Shown here: in pieces, positions 37,647 through 49,939 of the stretch | Numbering within the stretch: the first letter of the stretch is position 1 | How the letters are laid out: each line of letters opens with the position of its first letter | Source: Octopus vulgaris | Lineage: Eukaryota | Length of the DNA: 64,000 nt | Assembly: GCA_951406725.2 (NCBI GenBank) | Contig: OX597815.1 | Coordinates: forward strand, 193,130,001 to 193,194,000 | Direction of reading: 5' to 3' | The notes under the pieces: generated by a model | Told to the model about the DNA's origin: nothing | Database searches by the model: none | What the model saw: only the letters and a program-made list of their open reading frames with translations | Translations under genes and position numbers: made by a program

Positions 37647-37757
37647 ATACAATACGAGCAACCACGATACTTTGTATGGAGTATGGTTAAAGCAGTTCTC
37701 GTCACCTTTTTCTGCTTTGCTCCAACAGGCATTGCAGCTATTTTTTATGCATCTAAA
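37647..37757 (+). CDS. Dispanin gene copy B, first CD225 exon (IQYEQPRYFVWSMVKAVLVTFFCFAPTGIAAIFYASK)
   Basis: AG at 37645-37646, GTAAGT at 37758, 111 nt; colinear with the copy A exon. Confidence 0.9.
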
Positions 37758-38399
37758 GTAAGTAAAATAGGAACATTTTTTGCAAGAAATTCTAAGTATT
37801 TTCATACATTTTATCCAGTTGCGGCTGTATGATAAGAAGCTTGCTTCTCAACCGCATGGCTCCAGTTTCAGTTCTACCACATCTGGGTCAAGTATTTTGT
37901 ACAATAGCTTCGTGTTGATCAAAGATTTGGAGTGAATTAAGTAGATGGAACCTGAAGGAGCTCAGTCATACACACACATACGTACACATAAATACACATG
38001 AATATATGTGAGTATTATTTCTTTATTTACCACAAGGGGCTAAACATAGAGGGGACAAACAAGGTCAGACAAAGGAATTAAGCCGATTACATCGACCTCA
38101 GTGCGTAACTGGTATTTATCTAATCGACCCCGAAATGATGAAAGGCAAAGTCGACCTCGGCGGAATTTGAACTCAGAACATAACGGCAGACGAAATACCG
38201 CTAAGCATTTCGCCCGTGTGTACGTGTGAGCATGTGAATGTGTGTGTTTGTGAGTGTGTGGAAGAGAAAGAGAGTATTTTTGTTTGTGTTGGTCAACTAT
38301 CACCATTGATAACCGATGTGGGTGTGTTTACGTCCGCGTAACCTAGCGGTTCGGCGAAAGAGATAATAGAATACGATAAGTACCAACCTTAAAAATAAA

Positions 38400-38850
38400 A
38401 TATCTACAGCCTTCAAGCCACTTGACAGCAGGGAAGTTGAAATCTAGAAAAAGTATTATATGTCTGTCATATATTAATAGTTCTTCCATCTTTTCCAGGC
38501 TCTCTTCGAATGTGTACCTATGATTTGGCGCTTGTGGTGGGCGATATGTAGTAACTATTGCCGTTGTTATCTGTTTAATGTGTACCATCAGTGTGTCACA
38601 AATTGAGTTTGAGCGTCACAGGCTTGACACTTGCTGGATGTACATTTTGACATCTTGACTGGACAGACATTTTCCCGGATGTACATCGCAATTCTATCAG
38701 GGGTTCTTTCACACATTTCAGTGTGCCTCAGCAATTGTTACATCAGCCGTCAACTGTATTTCCGTTTAGTCATGCATGCAGCTTAATTAAATGTAACTAA
38801 TTCTCTCAGTTATGGGTTTTGTTGCTGGTGGGAGGTTGCCAAGTTCCTGT
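38400..38850 (-). mobile_element. Old APE-domain relic related to the LINE at 15623-20932
   Basis: VHIKQITTAIVTTYRPPQAPNH..FEESLEKMEE...LDFNFPAVKW matches VHIRQLNIVICTTYRPPDAPKH..FEDCLTKIGE...GDFNLPNVEW. Confidence 0.7.
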
Positions 38851-39392
38851 CATTCAATAGCAACACTTACGTAACGTATGTGATATCAATAACGGCCACT
38901 TGTTCGATATTTGTGTTGGCGTCAGAACTGGCCAGCCAGTGTTTTTAACTATTTTTGACGATCTAGTGTGCTGGTATGAGTATTTTATGCAGTGTTTAGT
39001 GTAATCAGATCAGCTGATGTACAATCACCTACACCATACACCCAAAAAGACAGTTGTTTAGCTGCTCCTATCTGAGTTATGACTACAGCTTGTTTTTCAG
39101 TGGAGCAGTGCATTCAACGGTCGACTATTTCCAAAGCGGTGGCAGTATGTGTTGCGACCTGGTCTAGTGCTCTGAGTGATACTGATGGAAGTGTTTGTCC
39201 CTCAGAATGATTAAGTAGAGGCAAACAGTCAAGTCCTGCTATTAATATAAGACATACACTTATTGCATTGACAAATTTTAACAACAACAGTTAGATATTT
39301 TTGAGCCAAGTTCAACATCAAATCATATGCAGGAGAACTGATCTATGATGTTTTAGGCATTTTGATTACATTATCCAGTGTGATACTATATA

Positions 39393-41270
39393 ATACCTAT
39401 TTCTTTACTACCCACAAGGGGATAAACACAGAGAGGACGAGCAAGGACAAACGGATTAAGTTGATTATATCGACACCAGTGCGTAACTGGTACTTATTTA
39501 ACCGACCCCGAAAGGATGAAAGGCAAAGTAGACCTCGGCGAAATTTGAACTGAGAACGTAGCGGCAGATGAAATACCTATTTCTTTACTACCCACTTGGG
39601 GCTAAACACAGAGGGGACGAACAAGGACAGACAGACAGATTAAGTCGATTACATCGACCCCAGTGCGTAACTGATACTTATTTAACCGACCCCGAAAGGA
39701 TGAAAGGCAAAGTGGACCTCGGTGGAGTTTGAACTCAGAACGTAGCGGTAGACGAAATACCTATTTCTTTACTACCCACTTGGGGCTAAACACAGAGGGG
39801 ACGAACAAGGACAGACAGACAGATTAAGTCGATTATATCGACCCCAGTGCGTAACTGATACTTATTTAACCGACCCCGAAAGGATGAAAGGCAAAGTGGA
39901 CCTCGGTGGAGTTTGAACTCAGAACGTAGCGGTAGACGAAATACCTATTTCTTTACTACCCACTTGGGGCTAAACACAGAGGGGACGAACAAGGACAGAC
40001 AGACAGATTAAGTCGATTATATCGACCCCAGTGCGTAACTGATACTTATTTAACCGACCCCGAAAGGATGAAAGGCAAAGTCAACCGGCGGAATTTGAAC
40101 TCAGAACGTAGCGGCAGACGAAACACCTACTTCTTTACTACCCACTTGGGGCTAAAAACAGAGAGAACGAGCAAGGATAAACGGTTTAAGTTGATTATAT
40201 CGACACCAGTGCGTAACTGGTACTTATTTAACCGACCCCGAAAGGATGAAAGGCAAAGTCGACCTCGGCGGAATTTGAACTCAGAACGTAGCGGCAGACG
40301 AAATACCTATTTCTTTACTACCCACTTGGGGCTAAACACAGAGGGGACGAACAAGGACAGACAGACAGATTAAGTCGATTACATCGACCCCAGTGCATAA
40401 CTGGTACTTATTTAACAGACCCCGAAAGGATGAAAGGCAAAGTGGACCTCGGTGGAGTTTGAACTCAGAACGTAGCGGTAGACGAAATACCTATTTCTTT
40501 ACTACCCACTTGGGGCTAAACACAGAGGGGACGAACAAGGACAGACAGACAGATTAAGTCGATTATATCGACCCCAGTGCGTAACTGATACTTATTTAAC
40601 CGATCCCGAAAGGATGAAAGGCAAAGTCAACCGGCGGAATTTGAACTCAGAACGTAGCGGCAGACGAAACACCTACTTCTTTACTACCCACTTGGGGCTA
40701 AAAACAGAGAGAACGAGCAAGGATAAACGGTTTAAGTTGATTATATCGACACCAGTGCGTAACTGGTACTTATTTAACCGACCCCGAAAGGATGAAAGGC
40801 AAAGTCGACCTCGGCGGAATTTGAACTCAGAACGTAGCGGCAGACGAAATACCTATTTCTTTACTACCCACTTGGAGCTAAACACAGAGGGGACGAACAA
40901 GGACAGACAGACAGATTAAGTCGATTACATCGACCCCAGTGCGTAACTGGTACTTATTTAACAGACCCCGAAAGGATGAAAGGCAAAGTGGACCTCGGTG
41001 GAGTTTGAACTCAGAACGTAGCGGTAGACGAAATACCTATTTCTTTACTACCCACTTGGGGCTAAACACAGAGGGGACGAACAAGGACAGACAGACAGAT
41101 TAAGTCGATTATATCGACCCCAGTGCGTAACTGATACTTATTTAACCGACTCCGAAAGGATGAAAGGCAAAGTCAACCTCGGCAGAATTTGAACTTAGAA
41201 CGTAGCGGCAGACGAAATGCCGGGAAGCATTTCGCCCGGCGTGCTAACGTTTCTGCCAGCTCGCCGCTTT
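39393..41270 (-). repeat. SINE-derived tandem array, ten ~180-183-bp units with a 546-bp higher-order period
   Basis: Units start TACCTATTTCTTTACTACCCA; only the rightmost has the complete SINE head. Track ORFs at 40068 and 40614 are near-identical and 546 nt apart. Confidence 0.9.
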
Positions 41271-42277
41271 ATATTATCCAATACCAATTTTAAAGAGAGC
41301 ATTTTGTGATTTGAGGAATTTGGCTGCTCCTTCAAACAGGTTGAGTTGTATCCTAGTGGCTGTGGCATAGGCTGTTTGAGGTTCCCTCATGGAGTCGATA
41401 TGCATTTAGTTGATGGAGATTGCAGAGGAGAAGCAAAATTAAAGGTCCTAAACAAGATCAAACGAACATTATGATTGTAATAGTGAAAATGTTGCTTATA
41501 CAAAATGTTACCTGTAACACTTGTTTGTTCCATTATGTCTAACAATAACGTTTCAAGTATTTTAACCACAACAATGTTGTTCCTCTGCCGACATACCGTG
41601 TCATTATAAATCAGGTTTCTATTAATCCAATGTACATATAATAACTCTAACACTTATATAGCATTTGACTAAAAAACAGCATGGCATTTAACAGTTTTGA
41701 TTAAATTTCTTTGTGTTGTAAGAATAATGGTTATGAAACTGATAAATAATATCGGTTCACCATCACCACAACCAAACCAACTCTACAAAAATATTGGTGA
41801 AATTTGTGGTCCCCTCCATTCACTCTTTTATTAAGAAGAAATTATATTGTTCATTCATATAATTCATTTTTATTGCTGTTGTTTGTGCGGTGAGCTGGCA
41901 GAATCGATACCACGCTGGGGGAAATATTTAGCGGTATTTTGTCCGTCTTTACGCTCTAAGTCCAAATTCCTCCAGGTCGACTTTGGCTTTCATCCTTTAG
42001 GGATAGATAAAATAAATACTTTTTGAGTACTGGAGTTGATGTAATTTCGAAAATCTCTACCTGCGACGATTTCATCTCAAACGAAGGAGAGGAGCTTTCT
42101 CCGTCCGGGTTGCGGATCCGTGGAACAAGCTGCCAGACGAGATGGTAAAGATGCCGACGACCGCTTTGTTCAAAGTCTCCCTTGACCTCAAGTGGCCTGA
42201 ACTCTTTACATGAACACCACCCTGTACTTAACTCCATGTCCCCCTACATAGCCTTGCTATTTGCTTTTGAGTCAAAT

Positions 42278-42312
<35 letters not shown>

Positions 42313-42436
42313 TTCATTTACTCACACTCCAAAAATTCTGGCCTTGTACTAAAGTTAGAAACCAATATATTTGCTGTTGTTGAGTTTTATTAGCGTTCTT
42401 TATATATAAACTAATTCTTTTCTTTCTATCTTCTAG

Positions 42437-42586
42437 GCAAACGTAATGGCTGATATTTGGAATATAGAAGCTGCAAAGGAAGCAAACGCAGCTGCACGTC
42501 TATTAATCAAAGTATCGTTTGTTGTTGGTATTCTCGTCATGGGTTTTGGACTCACCCTACCTTTAATAAATGCCGTCACGAAATAA
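42437..42586 (+). CDS. Dispanin gene copy B, terminal coding exon (ANVMADIWNIEAAKEANAAARLLIKVSFVVGILVMGFGLTLPLINAVTK*)
   Basis: ttctAG acceptor, colinear with the 4423 exon, TM helix, TAA at 42584-42586. The downstream 3'UTR is homologous to 4680-5100. Confidence 0.85.
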   Translation, partial: ANVMADIWNIEAAKEANAAARLLIKVSFVVGILVMGFGLTLPLINAVTK

Positions 42587-43134
42587 CTTTCACATAACGT
42601 TATAAACTTTAGGAGATTCATATTGAATGAAAGGTCTTCTTTTTTATTAGAGGTATTTCTCAACATAACTTCATTGATTGTTAACATATGAAATACTCTC
42701 AGCCAAAAATGTTTAAATATATTGAGAACTTCAGTCAATAAATGGTATATTTCATACTAAGTGATACAATTTTAAATAATGAATAATGATATATACAGTT
42801 CGATAAACTCTATGGCTTCAGTTTGATAGCTACAACCCATAAAGTAGTAAAACTACGAGAGTATAAAGACTCTTGTACCATCCCTCCTGTTTCCCACGAA
42901 AGCAATGGGTGATGTTACTCTTTACTCTTTACTCTTTACTCTTTACTCTTTGCTTCTGTCATTTTGACTGCGGCCATGCTGGAGCACTGCCTTTAGTCGA
43001 GCAACTCGACCCCGGCACTTACTCTTTTGTAAGCCCAGTACTTATTCTATCTGTCTGTTTTGCCGAACCGCTAAGTGACGGGGACATAAACACACCAGCA
43101 TCGGTTGTCAAGCAATCCTAGGGGAACAAACACA

Positions 43135-43210
<76 letters not shown>

Positions 43211-43559
43211 CGACAGGCTTCTTTCAGTTTCTGTCTACCAAATCCACTCACAAGGCTTTGGTCGGCCCGAGGCTATAGTAGAAGACACTTGCCCAAGGTG
43301 CCACACAGTGGGACTGAACCCGGAACCATGTGGTTGGTAAACAAGCTACTTACCACATAGCCACTCCTGTTGTTGCATTTTGCTATTACTTGAATGTTCC
43401 TTATCATTATCTCTGGAACTACCAAACATTAAAATCATTTTATAAACATAATGGTAATATAAGCACATTTTAAAACTCTTTCCTAGTTTTGAAGATGTTA
43501 CCTTAAAGCCAATTATTTATTTCAGCTGTTAAAATCTACATGAGAGTTTAAAATAAAAT

Positions 43560-44080
43560 AATAATGAAATTATCGTACACAGTGCTCAGGTGCACCACAA
43601 CTTGTCAAAAGTGCGTATAAAGTATATGCGGTAATGTACAAATATCTGAAAAGTGAACAGCGTATGGTTCAGATACATGCTTACGTGTGTATGGAGGGAA
43701 GAAAATCAGGTGTAGTGTTGGTGAATCTCAGGAAGCATGGACGTTTTGAAGGATGCAGTGCTCCGACAACTAACAACTGATGCCGTCAGTTTGTTCCATG
43801 CTTCAACAACTCTTAGCGTGAAAAAATGTTTCCGAAAGTCATGGGAGCTGCGCTGTTTTCTGACTTTCTAAACATGTCCACGGGTGTTAGACAGATGGAG
43901 TTTGAAAAGGTGCTCAGAGTTAATGTTTGTAAGATGGTTAATAATTTTAAGGGTGTCTGCCAAGTCAGCTGCCAGACGTCGGAGTTTCAATGTATCCATG
44001 CCCAGGGAAGTAAGGCGTTCAGAATATGGCAAATGCCTGATGGAGGGTATTCTCTTGGTTGCACGTCGCTGAACGGCTTA
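43560..44080 (-). mobile_element. CR1-like LINE 3' fragment
   Basis: Minus frame reads QRRATKRIPSIRHLPYSERLTSLGMDTLKLRRLAADLADTLKII, a typical RT C-terminal region; absent from the paralogous 3' region of copy A. Confidence 0.7.
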
Positions 44081-44306
44081 ACATTATATAAGTATTGAAC
44101 TCAGTTTAACATAAATTAGAAACTAGATACACACAAAAAAATATAAATAAACTGTAACATACATACATTGACAAATCTCGCTATACACGCCTAAAGAGTA
44201 TTTTAGATAATGGCAGACAGAAATGGCTAAAGGTGAAAACTACATTTGTATATTAACCACAAATGTAGATGAATATTTCTTGTAGCTTTCGTTCATAGAT
44301 ATTTGA

Positions 44307-44567
44307 GTTAATGTTGGCTTAATGGGTTAATGTTGGTTTAATGGGTTAATGTTGGGTTAATGGGTTAATGCTGGTTTAATGGGTTAATGCTGGTTTAATG
44401 GGTTAATGCTGGTTTAATGGGTTAATGTTGGTTTAATGGGTTAATGCTGGTTTAATGGGTTAATGTTGGGTTAATGGGTTAATGCTGGTTTAATGGGTTA
44501 ATGTTGGTTTAATGGGTTAACGCTGGTTTAATGGGTTAATGCTGGTTTAATGGGTTAATGCTGGTTT
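44307..44567. repeat. 19-bp minisatellite (TTAATGGGTTAATGYTGGT), about 14 copies
   Basis: Direct inspection; the paralogous site at about 5698-5716 has a single related unit. Confidence 0.9.
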
Positions 44568-44884
44568 CTTCTGTCATGTTATACAATGGGAAGTGGAGTT
44601 CACAACAAACATACAAATTGCATTTTCAGACAAGGAAGTAGATCTCCAAAGCAGCGGAGCCGTAAGGACAGCAACGAAAGATGGGGTACATACCCCGTAT
44701 AAAACGGACAAACAGCTGACAGCGGGAAGCAACTGGACTTCAACCCATACCTAAGCTAAGCTAAGCGGTATCCACGATAACAATCACGTGAAATTTAAAG
44801 CTAAATTACAGACATTCGAATGTGATAACATTTTATAAACAAACGCCAGATGTGGTTGGTAATTTGGAGAACAGAAATTAATGA

Positions 44885-45560
44885 AAGGCGGCGAGCTGGC
44901 AGAATCGTTAGAACGCCGGGAGCAGTGCTTAGCGGTATTTCGTCTGCCGTTAGGTTCTGAGTTCAAATTCCGCCGAGGTCGACTTTACCTTTCATCCTTC
45001 CGGTGTCGATAAATTAAGTATCAGTTACGCACTGGGATCGATGTAATCAACTTAATCCATTTGTCTGTCCTTGTTTGTCCCCTCTATGTTTAGTCCCTTG
45101 TGAGTAATAAAGAAGCAAGTATTTCGTCTGTCTTTACGTTAAAGGCGGCGAGCTGGCAGAACTGATAGCACGCCGGGCGAAATGCGTAGCTGTATTCCGT
45201 CTGCCGTTATGTTCTGAGTTCAAATTCCGCCGAGGTTGACTTCGCCTTTCATCCTTCCGGTGTCGTTAAATTAAGTATCAGTTACGCACTGGGGTCGATG
45301 TAATCGACTTAATCCCTTTGTCTGTCCTTGTTTGTCCCCTCTATTTTTAGTCCCTTGTGGGCAGTAAAGAAATAGATATTTCGTCTGCCGTTACGTTCTG
45401 AGTTCAAATTCCGCCGAGGTTGACTTTGCCTTTCATTCTTCTGGGGTCGATAAATTAAGTACCAGTTGCGTACTGGGGCCGATGTAATCGGCTTAATCCC
45501 TTTGTCTGTCATTATTTGTCCCCTCTATGTTTAGCCCCTTGTGGGCAATAAAGAAATAAG
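44885..45560 (+). mobile_element. Head-to-tail cluster of family 1 SINEs
   Basis: Two headed copies plus a headless unit joined at TATTTCGTCTG. Confidence 0.8.
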
Positions 45561-48500
45561 AAATTAATGATTTTATTGTACTTCAATGGTTTTATTTCCA
45601 CTGTTGTATTGCATTTTAGAACAATATCTCAAAGTGTTTTCTGCTAATAAAATTTAATATTTTACTAATGAATTTTATAACAAAATAATATTTATTTAAT
45701 ATTTGTAAATACATCAATAAATCAACTTGTATAATCTATAACGAGTGGCAGCAGCAGCAGCAACAGCAGCCGTTCAAGAATTTGGACCTGGAGATCTCCA
45801 TTTCCAGCGACTTCGAGGGCCACCTCCCAGTGGTGTCGGGCGTCAACGAAGAGCCCTCGACTACAATAAGACGACCAAAGTTTTTTTTTCCAAGGTCTGG
45901 GGTCTCCCGCCCCTAAGCCCTAAACCATCACCTAATCACCCTTAACCGTCTTGTTGCTTAACAACAACAAGAACAGCAGCAGCAGCAGCAACAGCAATGG
46001 CAGTGACTACAACAATAACTAATACTACTAATACTTCAGATATTGTTGCTACTACTAGTATTACAACTATTTCTACATGCCGAGCATTCAAGTGGAAAGG
46101 CACTAACAAGAAATGTAGGCAAATATAGACATCATCAACCGAGACTAACCAGATGGCGCCGCCCAAGTGCAATTCTTAATGGAGACCCTCGTAGTAAATC
46201 ATTCTGCTTTCCTTTGTAGTAGTGAAGAATTTATCCTTATTCCCATTTATCTGGGAAAACAAAAAGCGAGGGTGAATATAACTGGTGAGCCACCAGAAGT
46301 GGTTATCTGGTGAGTGGTGTGCGGAGATCTGGAGGTAAGTGACATTCTCCCGAAGAATCGCAAGAAGAATAGATTTGGAACAGCACTGGAAATTTTATTA
46401 TATGAAACTAGAACTTCTCGAAAAGATTTTGACCTAATACACTTTACAAATAAGGCAGATTTTCACGTCAGTGTGGAATGAAGAAGACCAAAATTCATGA
46501 ATGTGGTGATGCCAACCACCAGAGAGCCTTCTGCCTGCAATAGATGGTGAAAATATGGAGACATCGCTGTTTCTAGCATCACAAACACAATTACAATACC
46601 AACAAAAAACATGCAACGTAATATCAGCGAAAGTAATAGCAACAAAAGCCGCAACAAAAAATACTTTTATGAATGTCTGCATTAGGCATCCGTGACCTCT
46701 TTAAGGGGCTTGATTTGGCAGAATCGTTAGCACGCCGGGCGAAATACATAGCCGTATTTCGTCTGCCGTTACGTTATGAGTTCAAATTTCGCCGAGGTCG
46801 ACTTTGCCTTTCATCCTTTCAGGGTCGATAAATTAAGAACCAGTTATGCACTGGGGTCGATGTAATTGACTTAATCCGTTTGTCTGTCCTTGTTTGTCCT
46901 CTCTATGTTTAACCCCTTGTGGGTAGTAAAGAAATGGGTCTTTTGCTCAAGGTCATTTCGGTCTAAGATGTGCTGAGATTCACTTGGTATACCTTAAAGT
47001 CTTATGGGTGTAGTTTCTTATACGGAGAGGGGGATATGAAAACAGGATAGGCGTATGCGTGAGGATCTGCTTGCGAGTATGTGGTCTAATGTGCGTGCTT
47101 ATGTTTTTGGATAGGTTTTGTGAGTGAACGTGTATGATCGTATGTATGTGTGTGTGTGTTATTAGGACAAAATCTCCGGAGGAAAAATTCTTCTCGGACA
47201 AATTTTTCCACAAAAATCCCCACCCAACTTCGAGTCTAGCATAGCAGCCTCTAATAAACAAAAGCTTTCTCTCTACTATCAAAATTCACACTATAACAAC
47301 TCTGAATGCACGAGCGGCTAACATATACACAGCTCCAGCATTGAACCCTTTACGTTAGACCACAGCCATAACCCAACCTATCCTATTAACAGTATCCAGA
47401 ATTCTACCACAACTTTCACCACCGTTACAGAGAGAATAAGGAACAACAACGATAGCAATAATAACGATGATAGTAATTATGATACTAGTAACTTAGACCT
47501 TTCTACCCTCATCGCTAACCTCTCCTCTAACAGTATTATCTCTTCTATTCCTGGAAATAATCTCCAAGGTACACCCACTTGGAACAGCCGTCCTGGGTCC
47601 ATCTGCTCTCTACAAACCCATTGTAGAAATGTAATGTAATTTATAAATGCATATAATTTATAATGAAGGAGCCTTGGCTCTAGGCTAGAAACCAGCTCTT
47701 TCTCTATTGGCAAGAAATCTTGAAATAAAACTGAACAATGACATACATACATGCACATGAACATGGCACCGTCAACATCAGTGGTGCAGACAGCGAGGAC
47801 CGCTTAAAATCCTTTGAACACTGGCTTCTTAAATAATACCAGTTCCTCTCACCTAGGTCTGTAACTGATTAATTTCTCCTGTTATAAACGAAAGAAGCAC
47901 TTGACCGGATTTTTTAACATATACATTACACCACGTGGAATTTCGGTAGCAATATCATAGCTTATTCCAAAAACAACACCGAAGAAAACAGAACTACGTC
48001 ACCAATTAGCTATCCAAGAAAACATAAGTATTTCTCTCATTTTACGTGAACTTTACATCGAAACTAAGACTTAAGTCAGTGCTGTCAAAACGCTCGTGCT
48101 GAAGCGATTAAAAAATACTGGAAAGAAATTAACCCCATCTTAAATAACTTTACGACGAAACATTTTCGGCAATAAGCATTTTTCTTTAAAAGCATTGCTG
48201 ACTACGATGTCCGGAATCTACCAGCGGCTATCATTAAATTCGTATGCCTCTCAAAATTTACTTGAGTCAACAAAGACGGCTGTGGAATATATCCAGCTTA
48301 GGGACATCTTGAAACTACAGCTCAGGGAATTTTTCTACTTTTACAAAAATATCGTTCAGCGACAGGTTATTCTAAACAACTTTAAGAAAAAGAATCTAAC
48401 AGCATTAATGCTGAAAATAACCGATGTCGCTGGAGAGTGCGTAGAAGAATGTGATATTAGTTATTTGAATATTTATATCCTTATATACACAGGTACTATT

Positions 48501-49939
48501 ACTGTTCGAGAGCACATGATAAATCTGTACTTTACATGGTAATGAAATTTCTGAACGGAAGCAACCTAGATTGAAAACAAAATGTGATGAAAACATCAGC
48601 AATCTGCACTGCCATATTGGAAGGTTAACCACAATGATAAGATGTAAGGGGTATAATGAGTTTATACCACATCAATTGCATCTTATGCATCAATTCAGAA
48701 AACTCGAAGGTGACTTTTCCCACAAAGCTCTTATGAGAAAGCTAAATGCAATAAATCATGAACTCAGAACACTGAGTTACAAACTCCACTGCTGTAGGAG
48801 ATTTTCTAATGAGCCAGGATATATCACAAGTTTGCTTCCAGTCCGCAGACATTGCATAAAGAGAGGAGGAAGTGAAACATTACTGTGAAGAAAGCTTCCC
48901 TTCTAGGAAAACTTGAAACATTCTGATCTAAAGACTGAAATCGCAAGAGGAATCTCAACCTTTATGCATCATGGCTAGGTACAGTTAGGAGGGAATTCTG
49001 CATCAGCATTGACAGTAAAGTATTCAGAATTGCCTCGGAATATTTTATGATTGTAGGCAAAATGCATAACGGAAAGGTATCTGGAAGAGACATAATAGTT
49101 GGATTCTGGTAAAAGACATTGTCATTTTACAGGAAACATTTAATATGCATATTCAAAGTGACTATGGACGGTCATACTGATGGGGCCTACTTGACTTGCT
49201 TACAGCCTGGACGTACCTAGTGGTCAAAAATGAAACCACCGATTTGGTAGGAAATTATAGGTCCTTTCCTTGCCTAAATATTATGTTTGAATTGTATGCA
49301 ATGCTGCCTCAACCAATTTATCCAGGGTCATTTTAAATCCAGCAACCTAGCCACTGTTGAGCAACAGGTGAAAGAAGAGAGTGTTAGGATGTACTGTTAA
49401 GCTTACAGCTTTCATAAGCAAAGCTGTACTGTCTGGAGCATGAAGATATTCTAGAAATCTTACGAATGTGTGTCTTAATTATAGGGAAAACGTTTGACTG
49501 TATTTCATACTCATGGCTAATAAAATGCCCTCATCTAGCAAAATTGAGTTCCATCTTAGTTGTTACTATCGAAGGACTCACAATGACCTGGGCGACGATT
49601 CTCACATTTACAAGTGAGAGCGAATAGATAATCTCCACTGTTGTAAATATATCAAAGGGAATATTCCAATGGGATCATCTTCCTGTAATTCTGTTCATTT
49701 TGTAATTAAACCCATTATCTCATTCCTGCAACAAAAGACAAATGGTTACATGCTAGCGTCTGCAACTGCTAGAGATATTAATGTTACAAATATTTTCTTT
49801 TTGGTTGACCTTAATATTTATGCTAAAATGTTAACAATGCCAAAAACCAGTTGGAATTAATAACATTTTCGCTTGACATAGGAATGGGGAATATGCCCAA
49901 AAGAAGTGTTCCTATTTGATTGCTGAACCTAAGATGAGA

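Noticed and set aside
39393-41270. Regular array resembling a CRISPR locus
   Set aside because: Units are ~180-bp SINE bodies with no unique spacers, there are no cas genes, and the context is eukaryotic.
47655-47700. Possible hammerhead remnant (ATAATGAAGGAGCC...AGGCTAGAAACC); also searched 24285-24477
   Set aside because: The CTGANGA core is absent and no convincing stems I and III were found.
47900-49450. Short ORFs in moderately complex sequence, possibly old TE coding relics
   Set aside because: No motif could be recognised with enough confidence to assign a family or gene.
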